Positions 1 through 17,393 of a stretch of DNA of 64,000 nt are shown one piece after another. Each line of letters begins with the position of its first letter. Position 1 is the first letter of the stretch. Made by a program: the position numbers and the translations under genes. The stretch comes from Shigella phage SP21535. The stretch lies in the sequence record PQ615101. One strand, written 5' to 3'. The notes under the pieces are model-generated. The model was given only the letters and a program-made list of their open reading frames with translations. It ran no database searches and was not told the DNA's origin.

Positions 1-467
1 AAGCGCAAATTGCGTATTCATGGAAGAAAGATTCTTCTCCTGTAGAAGAGTCAACTAATGTATATACAGTTGATACTTCATCTGTTGGAAGTCAAACTAT
101 TGAAGTTACTGCAACTGTTACTGCTGCTGATTATGATAGCAAAACTATTACAGCAACAGGTCAAGTTCAGGTAACTGATAAAGTTGCTCCAGAACCAGAA
201 GGTGAATTACCTTATGTTCATCCTCTTCCACATCGTACTTCAGCTTATATCTGGTGCGGTTGGTGGGTTATGGATGAAATCCAAAAAATGACTGAAGAAG
301 GTAAAGATTGGAAAACTGAAGATCCAGACAGTAAATACTATCTGCATCGTTACACTCTCCAGAAGATGATGAAAGACTATCCAGAAGTTGATGTTCAAGA
401 ATCGCGCAATGGATACATCATTCATAAAACTGCTTTAGAAACTGGTATCATCTATACCTATCCATAA
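1..467 (+). CDS. hoc: outer capsid protein Hoc, C-terminal part (5' end upstream of window)
   Basis: Frame open from window edge (codons from nt 3) to TAA 465-467; track ORF 270-467 is its in-frame tail; position upstream of rnlB/24 as in T4 order. Confidence 0.5.
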   Translation, partial: AQIAYSWKKDSSPVEESTNVYTVDTSSVGSQTIEVTATVTAADYDSKTITATGQVQVTDKVAPEPEGELPYVHPLPHRTSAYIWCGWWVMDEIQKMTEEGKDWKTEDPDSKYYLHRYTLQKMMKDYPEVDVQESRNGYIIHKTALETGIIYTYP

Positions 468-473
468 TCTTAG

Positions 474-499
474 GGGCTTCGGCCCCTTTCTTCATTTTG
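474..499 (+). terminator. rho-independent terminator hairpin
   Basis: GGGGC-TTCG-GCCCC stem-loop followed by T-rich run just after hoc stop. Confidence 0.55.
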
Positions 500-555
500 A
501 AAGCACACAAAACACAATCAGAAAATGATGTATATAATGGCACCAACTCGATAAC

Positions 556-771
556 ATGAGATTGATTATGAGAACTGAGGTTGTGGTGTTTACTCTTCAT
601 GAGTCTGGAAAGTCATTCATTGAAATTGCTCGTGAATTGAACTTACAGGCGAAAGAAGTGGCTGTATTGTGGGCTCGAGCTATGACTGCTAAGAATAAAT
701 TTGAAACTCGAGAAAAAGTTGTCTATAGAAAAAGGCATATTAATAAAAAGGTGAAAAATGGAACAGTATGA
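556..771 (+). CDS. hypothetical small protein (24.3 position)
   Basis: 71-aa ORF with ATG start; gene order. Confidence 0.4.
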   Translation: MRLIMRTEVVVFTLHESGKSFIEIARELNLQAKEVAVLWARAMTAKNKFETREKVVYRKRHINKKVKNGTV

Positions 772-1036
772 TCTTTATGAAAATGAATCTTTTGCTAATC
801 AATTACGCGAAAAAGCACTTAAAAGTAAACAGTTTAAACTAGAGTGTTTTATTAAAGATTTTTCGGAACTTGCTAATAAAGCAGCTGAACAAGGTAAAAC
901 ATATTTTAGTTATTATTGTACCGCTCGCGATAAATTGATTACTGAAGAAATTGGTGATTGGCTGAGAAAAGAAGGATTTAGCTTTAAAGTCAATAGTGAT
1001 CAGCGTGATGGTAATTGGTTAGAAATTACATTTTGA
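758..1036 (+). CDS. hypothetical protein (24.2 position)
   Basis: 92-aa ORF overlapping upstream stop; gene order. Confidence 0.45.
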   Translation: MEQYDLYENESFANQLREKALKSKQFKLECFIKDFSELANKAAEQGKTYFSYYCTARDKLITEEIGDWLRKEGFSFKVNSDQRDGNWLEITF

Positions 1037-1045
1037 GGATTAATT

Positions 1046-2050
1046 ATGTTTAAAAAGTATAGCAGTCTTGAAAATCATTACAATTCTAAATTCATTGAAA
1101 AACTTTACAGTTTAGGATTGACTGACGGCGAATGGGTAGCTCGTGAAAAGATTCATGGCACAAATTTCTCACTGATTATTGAACGCGATAAAGCAACTTG
1201 TGCTAAACGTACTAGACCGATTCTTCCTGCTGAAGATTTCTTTGGGTATGAAATTATTTTAAAGAATTACGCTGATTCCATTAAAGCAGTGCAAGATATT
1301 ATGGAAACTTCAGCAGTTGTATCTTATCAAGTTTTTGGCGAATTCGCTGGACCTGGCATTCAGAAGAATGTCGATTATGGCGATAAAGATTTTTATGTAT
1401 TTGACATTATTGTTACTACGGAAAGTGGTGATGTGACTTATGTCGATGATTATATGATGGAATCATTCTGTAATACATTTAAATTTAAAATGGCTCCACT
1501 TTTAGGTCGCGGTAAATTTGAAGAACTTATTAAATTGCCAAATGATTTAGATTCTGTCGTCCAGGATTATAATTTTACAGTAGACCATGCTGGATTAGTT
1601 GATGCAAATAAATGTGTTTGGAATGCCGAAGCAAAAGGCGAAGTATTTACCGCTGAAGGATATGTATTGAAACCTTGTTATCCTTCTTGGCTGCCTAATG
1701 GCAATCGTGTCGCTATTAAATGCAAGAACTCTAAATTTAGCGAAAAGAAAAAGTCTGATAAGCCTATTAAAGCTAAAGTTGAGTTGTCAGAAGCTGATAA
1801 TAAATTGCTGGGAATTTTAGCTTGTTACGTTACACTGAACCGAGTAAATAACGTTATTTCTAAAATTGGCGAAATTAGTCCGAAGGATTTTGGAAAGGTG
1901 ATGGGACTAACTGTTCAAGATATTTTGGAAGAAACTTCTCGTGAAGGTATTACTATAACTCAAGCGGATAATCCTTCTTTGATTAAAAAGGAATTAGTTA
2001 AAATGGTACAAGATGTACTTCGTCCGGCTTGGATTGAATTGGTAAGTTAA
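1046..2050 (+). CDS. rnlB: RNA ligase 2
   Basis: 334 aa; adenylyltransferase motif I KIHGTNFS; adjacent to gene 24. Confidence 0.85.
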   Translation: MFKKYSSLENHYNSKFIEKLYSLGLTDGEWVAREKIHGTNFSLIIERDKATCAKRTRPILPAEDFFGYEIILKNYADSIKAVQDIMETSAVVSYQVFGEFAGPGIQKNVDYGDKDFYVFDIIVTTESGDVTYVDDYMMESFCNTFKFKMAPLLGRGKFEELIKLPNDLDSVVQDYNFTVDHAGLVDANKCVWNAEAKGEVFTAEGYVLKPCYPSWLPNGNRVAIKCKNSKFSEKKKSDKPIKAKVELSEADNKLLGILACYVTLNRVNNVISKIGEISPKDFGKVMGLTVQDILEETSREGITITQADNPSLIKKELVKMVQDVLRPAWIELVS

Positions 2051-2054
2051 ATAA

Positions 2055-2079
2055 AAAGGGACCTTTTGGTCCCTTTGTT
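2055..2079. terminator. bidirectional terminator hairpin between convergent rnlB and gene 24
   Basis: AAAGGGACC-TTTT-GGTCCCTTT palindrome flanked by A/T runs on both strands. Confidence 0.5.
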
Positions 2080-3363
2080 TTATTCATCAACGATAATTTT
2101 TGGTAATTTAACACCTAATAAAACAGACAAATCTGAACGACCCGCCATTTTATCCATGTCTCCACCATCAATTATTCTTGCTTCTTTTTCATCTTTTGCT
2201 ACAGTGTAAGGATTTGCAGATAAAGCATATCTAACCAATAAACCGATAGATGGTTGTAAGCTTTCTGGATCAACTACAACTTTAAATGCACCTACATGTT
2301 CAGGGTCATCTAAGTCAAGACCTTCTGTATACGGAGCATAGAAAATTGATCCAACAATTTCTTTTTCGCCAATATTTTCTACTACACCAACGATTACATA
2401 ATCTAATGGGCTGTTAGTATCGCAATAAAGCGGTAAACCATTAGCTAAGAACCCGTAGGCATTTTGTGAAAGATATTTATCATCTTCTGGTTTATGTTTT
2501 AACCAACCTGATGCAGCAAGAATCGCAGCAGCACGAGCTGAAGCAACACAGAACGTTGCAGTATAAGTTGATTCTTTTTGGATATGCGAAACCATTTCAC
2601 ATACCATTCGGTATAATGAACGACCAGCTTCAGGTGCAGATGCATAACTCAAATCAATGAATCCAGTATCAGTAATTCCTGTAACTTTATAGCGTTTTGA
2701 CACTGTAATCAAAGACTGTAGAATATCTTTATTGATTTCATCCGCCATTTCAGTTGCAAGCAAATCTTCCAAGAAATTAGGAGCATCGAATCCATTTGCT
2801 TCTAAATCTTGTGCTAATTCAACTGTAATGCCAGTTTTAAGTTTACGAGATTTAACTGCGGTTTGCCATTTATTAATCTGGAATCTAGCATCAGCAATTT
2901 CGCTATCAGAGCTTTCAAATTTGCTCGTTGACGCTGCGTCAGAAAATAGACGAACCTTTAAAAGAACAATTGCAATCTGAAGAGCTAGTTCTAAATCGCT
3001 TTCTTCAATGGTAGCAAATGGTGTATCTTCTAATACTTTATAAACGATATTATTATATTTGAATAAATCGCCTTTATTGAGAGTTAATTTAGACTCTTCT
3101 GTTAATTCTGTGATTTGTTCTCGGTCTACATACCCAGCTTCGCCAGCGTAAGTAGCACCAGTTTTAAACGTAAATTCGTTGTCTGGGTTAAGGTATTTGA
3201 TACCATAAAAAGCAGCAACAGGTTGATTAGTTCTTTGCGTTGCTACAATGTCAGAATATATTAATTTAGTGGTAGCGCGAGTCAAAGCAACGAGATTTGG
3301 GCGACCGATTGAGTTGCTATTCGTTGTGGTTGATTCGCGCAGAAGTTCGTTGATTTTAGCCAT
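2080..3363 (-). CDS. 24: head vertex protein gp24
   Basis: 427 aa, paralog of gp23 fold, T4 gene order. Confidence 0.9.
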   Translation of the reverse strand: MAKINELLRESTTTNSNSIGRPNLVALTRATTKLIYSDIVATQRTNQPVAAFYGIKYLNPDNEFTFKTGATYAGEAGYVDREQITELTEESKLTLNKGDLFKYNNIVYKVLEDTPFATIEESDLELALQIAIVLLKVRLFSDAASTSKFESSDSEIADARFQINKWQTAVKSRKLKTGITVELAQDLEANGFDAPNFLEDLLATEMADEINKDILQSLITVSKRYKVTGITDTGFIDLSYASAPEAGRSLYRMVCEMVSHIQKESTYTATFCVASARAAAILAASGWLKHKPEDDKYLSQNAYGFLANGLPLYCDTNSPLDYVIVGVVENIGEKEIVGSIFYAPYTEGLDLDDPEHVGAFKVVVDPESLQPSIGLLVRYALSANPYTVAKDEKEARIIDGGDMDKMAGRSDLSVLLGVKLPKIIVDE

Positions 3364-3390
3364 TGCGCTTTCCTTTCAGTTTATATGATT

Positions 3391-3398
3391 TATTTATA
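3391..3398 (-). promoter_or_regulatory. late promoter TATAAATA upstream of gene 24
   Basis: Exact TATAAATA on minus strand about 28 nt upstream of ATG. Confidence 0.5.
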
Positions 3399-3399
3399 C

Positions 3400-3432
3400 C
3401 ATAAAAACAACTAAAGGGACCCGAAGGTCCCT
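3400..3432 (-). terminator. terminator hairpin downstream of gene 23
   Basis: GGGACC-TTCG-GGTCCC stem-loop followed by U-run on minus strand. Confidence 0.55.
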
Positions 3433-3446
3433 TAAATCGTCAAAGA

Positions 3447-5012
3447 TTAGATACCTTTAACATATACACGTCTAAAGTAAGCGTTTTTACCAAGGCTATT
3501 CAGAATAGAAGGCATACCGCTCTGGATGCGAGAAGCCGGAGCCTGAGCAGCGGATTCTGCAAATGGGTTGATACCGATACCGTAACGAGTTTTGAATCCC
3601 ATTACCGGTTGGAAGTTCTTCGGATCGGAACCACGCAGCGGAGTCAGAGCTACATATGGAGCATAGTAAATACCAGCATCCATTTCGTTCGGACCTTTAT
3701 AACCTACAGTGAAATAATCCTGTTTAGCATACTGGTCGATATATACACGGTATTTACCACCCAGAACACCAGCAAATACTGACTTGGTAGTATCAGTGTT
3801 AAAGCCGGTAGCCAGACCCTGTGCAGCATAAGAAATGCCGGTATCAACTGAAGCCAGAACGTTAACTACGTTACGGGAAGCGATAATGAAGTTACCTTCG
3901 CCGCGACCAGTCTGACGAGCAATTTCAACTGCTTCTTTGTCAATCTGGAACAACAGAGCTTTAAAGGATTCACCCGCCCAGCGAGCACCACGAATATCAA
4001 TCGGATCCTGGAAGTCAAATACACCAGCTTTAGAACCTGGAGTCAGGGTCATACCAGATTTACCAACCTGAGCTGAGTAGTTAATCCAATCAACAACTTC
4101 ACGGTTGATTTCCAGCATGATTTCTGTAGCCAGAATACCAGACAGTTCAGCATCAGCATCCATACCGTGAACAGCGCGGAGGTCTTGTGCTAATTCGATA
4201 GAGTAAGCAGCTTTCAGCTGGCGAGATTTAGCTTCGATAACTTGTTTATCGATACGGAAGCCCATTTCATTCCATGGGTTATCGGTAGAACCGTTGAAAC
4301 TTTCCTGAAGTTCAGCGATAGAAGTAGCCATACCTTCAGCGATTTCTACCAGTGCACCAGCTTCCATTTGTTTCTTAATTTCAGCATCTAATTTAGCTGC
4401 ATCAGTTGCGCTTGAACTAATTGTTACTACAGCGGAAGCTTGCAGATACACAGTACCAGTGTCCTGGAAGAAGTGAGTATAGATATCACCTACAACGGTT
4501 TGTGTGCTAGCAGCCAGAGCTGTGAATTTCTTAGCAGCACCCTGACCAGAGAACATTGCATCTGGACCATACATTGGGTGGAATGCTTCTTTAGCACCGG
4601 AAGCGATTGGGTCTTTACCGTATACTGCGCGCATTGCGAATACCTGGCCAGTCGGGCTGTTCATCGGCTGAACACCGCAAATATCGAAAGCAATCAGGTT
4701 AGGAATAGCACGACGTACCATACCCATAACAGCTGGGCCAATCTGAGTTACTGCGCCAGAAGTCTGACCTGCAGCGATGTTGGTAGCATTGTAACCGTGG
4801 TCACCACCGATTTCAGCTTCTGTTAAGAAAGAACCGAATGCCTGAGCAATTTTTTCGTCTTTATATTCCGGAGCTGTCTGGAAATCTTTTTCCTGGTTTT
4901 CAAAGATTTTAGCGATAATCGCTTGTTTGCTATTAGCAATTTCCGGTAAACCTTCACCTTCCAGTAATGGCTTCCATTTGTTCAAAAGTTCAGCTTTAGT
5001 TTTGATAGTCAT
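3447..5012 (-). CDS. 23: major capsid protein gp23
   Basis: 521 aa; sequence recognised as T4 gp23 precursor. Confidence 0.95.
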   Translation of the reverse strand: MTIKTKAELLNKWKPLLEGEGLPEIANSKQAIIAKIFENQEKDFQTAPEYKDEKIAQAFGSFLTEAEIGGDHGYNATNIAAGQTSGAVTQIGPAVMGMVRRAIPNLIAFDICGVQPMNSPTGQVFAMRAVYGKDPIASGAKEAFHPMYGPDAMFSGQGAAKKFTALAASTQTVVGDIYTHFFQDTGTVYLQASAVVTISSSATDAAKLDAEIKKQMEAGALVEIAEGMATSIAELQESFNGSTDNPWNEMGFRIDKQVIEAKSRQLKAAYSIELAQDLRAVHGMDADAELSGILATEIMLEINREVVDWINYSAQVGKSGMTLTPGSKAGVFDFQDPIDIRGARWAGESFKALLFQIDKEAVEIARQTGRGEGNFIIASRNVVNVLASVDTGISYAAQGLATGFNTDTTKSVFAGVLGGKYRVYIDQYAKQDYFTVGYKGPNEMDAGIYYAPYVALTPLRGSDPKNFQPVMGFKTRYGIGINPFAESAAQAPASRIQSGMPSILNSLGKNAYFRRVYVKGI

Positions 5013-5030
5013 TTGTGTTAACCTTTAAAA

Positions 5031-5840
5031 TTAGAAACGAGATGCGACTTTCGCATATACACTTACAATATCTTCTGCACCCTGTGCAGCTTTATCTTCT
5101 ACAGCTTCAGTGACGAAATTCAGTCCGGCTGCTTCAGTATCAGGAGTATTTATACTCTCAGTAATAGTGCTTTCATCTTTATTAGATTTCTTCACCATTT
5201 CTACGATTGCACTCAATTTACTTGAGAATTCATCTGAATAATCCATACCTTCGACCAGAGCAGAGACTTTTTCTTTTTGAGACTCAGTCAGATCTTTAGT
5301 ACTTTCGCTCAATGCCACTTCACGCTGCACATAATTGATATATGCGTCACGCTTATTGAGTTCTTCGAACAGACGAGCTGATTCTTCTTTATGTTCTTGC
5401 AGCTCTTCTTCCATTTCAGCTACAATATCAACTGATTCTTCTGGAACAACAACGTTGTGTTCAACAAAGAGCTCTTTTAATCCACCAAGCATGGATTCAA
5501 ACAGTTCGGCTTTGATGCCTTTATCAACTGCTAATTTATTTTCAGCGAGCCATTCTTTTGCAAGATGGTCAATGAATTTAGAAGCTTGCTCAGCGATTTT
5601 CTTCTCAGCTTTTTCTTCGGCTTCTTCTTTATTTTTTTCTACTTCTTCTTCTGCTTTTTCAGCAATTTTAGCGATATGAGATTCAGCTAATTTAACGGCG
5701 TGCTGCTTGACGGTAGCTTCGAATACAGTGCCGAAAGTTTCTTTTGCTTCCGGAGAAATATTAACTGATTCGAAAATACTATCAAGAGCAACGGAAGCAT
5801 CAATTTTTTGCGCTTCAGCAATCAGTTGTTCTTTAAGCAT
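5031..5840 (-). CDS. 22: prohead scaffold protein gp22
   Basis: 269 aa, highly acidic/helical, between 21 and 23. Confidence 0.9.
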   Translation of the reverse strand: MLKEQLIAEAQKIDASVALDSIFESVNISPEAKETFGTVFEATVKQHAVKLAESHIAKIAEKAEEEVEKNKEEAEEKAEKKIAEQASKFIDHLAKEWLAENKLAVDKGIKAELFESMLGGLKELFVEHNVVVPEESVDIVAEMEEELQEHKEESARLFEELNKRDAYINYVQREVALSESTKDLTESQKEKVSALVEGMDYSDEFSSKLSAIVEMVKKSNKDESTITESINTPDTEAAGLNFVTEAVEDKAAQGAEDIVSVYAKVASRF

Positions 5841-5867
5841 TTTGTAGTCCTGTTGTTTAGATAATAA

Positions 5868-5875
5868 TATTTATA
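5868..5875 (-). promoter_or_regulatory. late promoter TATAAATA upstream of gene 22
   Basis: Exact TATAAATA on minus strand 28 nt upstream of ATG. Confidence 0.5.
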
Positions 5876-6509
5876 ACGCTTTTTTCATGGCCTCTGCGAG
5901 AGCCATATAGGCGTCATCGGCACTTGTATCGGCTTCCGCCGTCTGTGATTCGGTAATTTCCTTAGGAGTTACCCATGCATCTGGAGCACTTGGACCCCAT
6001 ACCGCATCAACACCTACAGTTAATTTGAATCCTTCGTTTACGATACGATAACCTTTATTTGTGTCAGTCAATGAACCTAATCCACGAGAAGAAACTCCTG
6101 GAATCCATCCGGCACGAATATTAGCTGCTAATTTATCTCCAGGACCATGGTCACCTTCAATAACACGAGCTCGTCCGTATACGTCATTTCCTTTCCACCA
6201 CATATCTTCTATAATGATAGCGGCTTGCATCGGGTCAACATTAGCGCGTGGAGGATGATTTAATTCTCCGAGAGCTTGTTTAGTTAAAACTTGCTCATTA
6301 ATATAGTCTTTTACCGCTTTTTCTAATATACGTTTTGGATAAAGACGTTTATTTCTATTGACAACTTCCGCTTGCATGAATATTCCTTCGATGTATAAAC
6401 CCGGTTTTAAACCTAAGTCTTTTCCATCGTGGGATTCAAGCATTGGCACACCATCAATAATTTCGCCAGGTTGACCCCAAGTTTCAATTAGTAATTGGGG
6501 TTCATTCAT
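5871..6509 (-). CDS. 21: prohead protease gp21
   Basis: 212 aa; T4 gene order and size. Confidence 0.9.
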   Translation of the reverse strand: MNEPQLLIETWGQPGEIIDGVPMLESHDGKDLGLKPGLYIEGIFMQAEVVNRNKRLYPKRILEKAVKDYINEQVLTKQALGELNHPPRANVDPMQAAIIIEDMWWKGNDVYGRARVIEGDHGPGDKLAANIRAGWIPGVSSRGLGSLTDTNKGYRIVNEGFKLTVGVDAVWGPSAPDAWVTPKEITESQTAEADTSADDAYMALAEAMKKAL

Positions 6510-6934
6510 TAGCTTAATCCTAATGCTTTACGGCGTTTAAGAGCTTTTTTACGCTTACGCTGAGCACGAGATTGACCTGCTGGATTGGCAATCTTCGTTT
6601 TGGTAGCTTTGCGAGCAATTTGTCTACGTTTTGCTTTAGACAGCCCAGTGGTTTGAAATGCATTACGTTCGCGTGTTTTGCGGTCTTTAGTACGTGTAAT
6701 TTCACCACGAGCTGAAACATGCTTAACAATGAATTCATTTAACGGCATATTTTCATTAATAGAAGCTAATGCAACTGCTAAATCAGTTTCATCATCAAGC
6801 ATATTCTCGACAATTGTATTTATATCGTCTTTATTTAAAGCAGAAGACAATTCGTCAAAGCGACCCTGTGCTTCAGGAATAAGTGCTTCGACATTCTCGA
6901 GAACTAATTCATGAGTTTCAGGGATCAGAAGCAT
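6509..6934 (-). CDS. 68: prohead core protein gp68
   Basis: 141 aa, basic C-terminus; gene order. Confidence 0.8.
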
Positions 6935-7181
6935 TATTCATCATCCTCGTCTTCGTCATCTTCGTCAGAGTCTTTGTCTTTTTTGTCGTCTTTATCATCA
7001 CTATCTTCGTCTTCGTCATCATCCTCGTCTTCAGGTTCTTCACCTTCGATTAAGAAATTACGAGCGATAGCGATTTTTTCTTCTTTAATTAAATCAATCG
7101 TTCTTGCAGCCATGGCTTCAGCAAATAATTTACGAGCGGCTACGAGGTCGTTTGATTTAATAGCTTCAATTAAACCTTCCA

Positions 7182-7182
<1 letters not shown>
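6934..7182 (-). CDS. 67: prohead core protein gp67 (acidic C-terminal tail)
   Basis: 82 aa with Asp/Glu-rich tail; gene order. Confidence 0.8.
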
Positions 7183-8777
<1,595 letters not shown>

Positions 8778-8786
8778 TTATAGTTA

Positions 8787-8794
8787 TATTTATA
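8787..8794 (-). promoter_or_regulatory. late promoter TATAAATA upstream of gene 20
   Basis: Exact TATAAATA on minus strand about 31 nt upstream of ATG. Confidence 0.5.
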
Positions 8795-8841
8795 ATGGAC
8801 TTCTCTGCTTTAAGCAGGATGGGGATTTCTCCCCATTCATT

Positions 8842-9333
8842 TTATTCCCAATAATCGAGAGCAAGAGTTACTTCAAATGTTTGGATTTCATTGTTTGAAT
8901 CCCAATCTAATTGAAGTTCACCCACGTTAGTAGGCCACAAGCCTTTAATTTCGATTTCTTTTGTTACTGTTTTAGCGTCACGAGCATATTGACGAACGAT
9001 AGCGCTCTTTTTATACTCTGCAGGTTTTCCACCAGTAATTTCGTTTCCTTGCCCCGCAGCAATGCTTTGCCAATCAACGAACTTCTGACGAGCATCATGA
9101 GCTTCATCGTTCATTACTGTAACAGTCCAGTCATCGAATGTACGATCGCCTGCTACATTAATTTTACGGTTCATAAATCCGACTGGAATTTTTTCTACAA
9201 TACCAGCTGGTAAAGCAGTGGCTTTACACTGAAACGTAAAATTTTGTCCAAGATAAGAAATTTCTACTTGGAATAAGTTAGGTCGAGCAAAATCACCAGA
9301 TTCAAACGCTCGTGTTACATCATCTACAAACAT
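8842..9333 (-). CDS. 19: tail tube protein gp19
   Basis: 163 aa; gene order. Confidence 0.9.
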   Translation of the reverse strand: MFVDDVTRAFESGDFARPNLFQVEISYLGQNFTFQCKATALPAGIVEKIPVGFMNRKINVAGDRTFDDWTVTVMNDEAHDARQKFVDWQSIAAGQGNEITGGKPAEYKKSAIVRQYARDAKTVTKEIEIKGLWPTNVGELQLDWDSNNEIQTFEVTLALDYWE

Positions 9334-9347
9334 ATTAGCCTCTGTAG

Positions 9348-9355
9348 TATTTATA
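9348..9355 (-). promoter_or_regulatory. late promoter TATAAATA upstream of gene 19
   Basis: Exact motif on minus strand. Confidence 0.45.
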
Positions 9356-9406
9356 TCCCTATGTTTAACCTAGGGCATATAGAATTAAAGAATTAAGGAT
9401 ATAGTG

Positions 9407-9414
9407 TATTTATA
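9407..9414 (-). promoter_or_regulatory. second late promoter TATAAATA in the 18-19 intergenic region
   Basis: Exact motif on minus strand. Confidence 0.45.
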
Positions 9415-9449
9415 TGGCCTGCCGAAACAGGCCTTTAGAATGCACCGTA

Positions 9450-11429
9450 TTAACCTGCAAGACCAGTTAACTCGTCGAAATCTGCACCAGTAGCAGTTGC
9501 GACGAAATTAAGTTGGATATAATTTATACTTCTAGCCGGTTGGATGTAGAATGTTGCAACAAACTCATTTCTATCAATTACTGACGGAGTGTTATTTGTT
9601 GTATCGCAAACTACACGATATTCATAAATTCCACCGAGAGCTTTAATTCCCTGTAAGTATTGGGCAGTTTCTGTGCGGAACGATGAACGGGTAAACGCGT
9701 TGTTTAATTCGAACAAACGATATTTTGAACTACGTCCGATATTCGTTTTCAACATATTAAACAGACGACGAACGTTAATACGATCAAATGGAGAAGGAAC
9801 AGAAGTAGCTGTTTTATCACCATACAATACGTAACCATCACCACCTGTACCGGTTACCGGGTTGATAGCTTCTTGGTATAAACGGTCGCGCTGAGCCTGG
9901 CGAGTTTCAATAGCAAGTTTAATAACATTAAGAATCTGGCCACGATTATAACCAGCCGGAGACATCCAAGTCTGAGAAACGTTATCTGTTCTCGCGCATA
10001 AACCAGCAATATCAGCTGCTAATGGAACCCAACGATTCACATCATTATATTTGTCATACTGATACTTGTAGTTACCATCAATTGCTGCGTAGGTTGAACT
10101 GATATTAAAGTTATTATCAGTATATGAACCTGTCGCAGTTCTCCAATTGACTAAGTTATCGACAGCACGAGTTACAGGAATTCCAACTACAGTTTCGCGC
10201 GGCGGTGAGCACAATACTAAGCAATCTTGGCGAGCATCACCAATTGAAACGACGTGTTTTTGGACAGTAGATGCTGTTTCTAAAGATTCGCCGGCGCAAG
10301 AACCCGCAATAAACAACTGAACATCAACAGATTCGCGGTCAGCAAAGAAGTCCCAAGCTTCCATCAAATCTCCTGCTGTTACTTCAGCATTTGATGATAA
10401 TCCGCCAGACAAAGTTAAAATTCCAGAGAAACCTTCTGGCCAGTTTTGTGCAGTTGCGAAAATATATTCTGAACCACCTTTTGCGAAAAAGTCATCGATA
10501 TAGATGTTACTATCGTAAATATCTTTTTCACCACGCTTAGTTGAAAGAACAACGCTTTGAACAATAGCATCATTGCGACGAACTATAATAGCGTACTGTG
10601 AATCAGTTTGTGGTCCATATCCAAACACAGCTTTAGCAGTAGATGCACGAGTACCACCGCCTGGATAAATTGGCAGTAATGCAGAAGCCCCTTTTGCGTA
10701 GTCAGCTTTAGATACGATTTCAATTTCAATTTTATCGCCTAATTCGCCTGGATAAAGAGCTACTACTCCTGGAATTCCATATTTTTCGAGATTTGCTTGA
10801 AAGCCAACCTCTGTCATAGCAGCTTCAGCATTTTCAATTTCAGCTAATAAAATACCAGAATCAGTAATAATTTTTCCAAGAGTTATTACTGCAGCTAAAC
10901 CAGAGGAAGATGAAGAAATTTCCACGGTCCAGTTAGAACCTAATTCTGGATATTCACCGACTTCTTTAGCTTTAGCGATAATTTTTGCAGTAGGAATATT
11001 AATTTTCTTAATTTTTCCATCTGTGTCTACTTCAGTAATTTTACCTTCAGTTTCAATAGCATCTGAAACATATTTGACCGTGATTTTATCTCCAACCGCG
11101 TAGTTACTACCTGGGGTAGAAATAGTGTATTCAATATTACCGGCAATTGGAGATGAGTTTTTAGCGGTATCTCTATCGACAGCACGCACAACTCGCAAAT
11201 CATTTCCGTATTGCAAGAAATTCATTGCAGACATAAAATAGTCAGCAGTTTCAGCTGTAGGTTGACCAAAAGTATTAACTAAATCTACTTCATTTGTAAC
11301 CTGTTTAATCTGAAAAGCAGGACCCCACTGGAATTTACCGGCCAAAGCTGCTGTACCAGTAGAGTTATTAACCACGGTGCTTTGAACCGTGGTTTCTTTG
11401 AGCTCAATGCCCGGAGATAATAAAGTCAT
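9450..11429 (-). CDS. 18: tail sheath protein gp18
   Basis: 659 aa; gene order. Confidence 0.95.
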   Translation of the reverse strand: MTLLSPGIELKETTVQSTVVNNSTGTAALAGKFQWGPAFQIKQVTNEVDLVNTFGQPTAETADYFMSAMNFLQYGNDLRVVRAVDRDTAKNSSPIAGNIEYTISTPGSNYAVGDKITVKYVSDAIETEGKITEVDTDGKIKKINIPTAKIIAKAKEVGEYPELGSNWTVEISSSSSGLAAVITLGKIITDSGILLAEIENAEAAMTEVGFQANLEKYGIPGVVALYPGELGDKIEIEIVSKADYAKGASALLPIYPGGGTRASTAKAVFGYGPQTDSQYAIIVRRNDAIVQSVVLSTKRGEKDIYDSNIYIDDFFAKGGSEYIFATAQNWPEGFSGILTLSGGLSSNAEVTAGDLMEAWDFFADRESVDVQLFIAGSCAGESLETASTVQKHVVSIGDARQDCLVLCSPPRETVVGIPVTRAVDNLVNWRTATGSYTDNNFNISSTYAAIDGNYKYQYDKYNDVNRWVPLAADIAGLCARTDNVSQTWMSPAGYNRGQILNVIKLAIETRQAQRDRLYQEAINPVTGTGGDGYVLYGDKTATSVPSPFDRINVRRLFNMLKTNIGRSSKYRLFELNNAFTRSSFRTETAQYLQGIKALGGIYEYRVVCDTTNNTPSVIDRNEFVATFYIQPARSINYIQLNFVATATGADFDELTGLAG

Positions 11430-11457
11430 TTTTAATCCTCTTTAATATGCTTTAATA

Positions 11458-15618
<4,161 letters not shown>

Positions 15619-15659
15619 GATTTCTCCTAATCTGGGCTTTAATTAGTTTATAATATTTA

Positions 15660-17390
<1,731 letters not shown>

Positions 17391-17393
17391 ATG

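Noticed and set aside
270-467. Independent 65-aa gene
   Set aside because: Its frame stays open upstream to the window edge; it is the 3' end of hoc.
4440-4826. Antisense ORFs inside gp23 and other structural genes (also 2466-2660, 2732-2980, 5335-5679, 18931-19146, 24147-24482 and similar)
   Set aside because: Fully embedded opposite well-supported long genes, no RBS, composition-driven; treated as ORF-finder artefacts.
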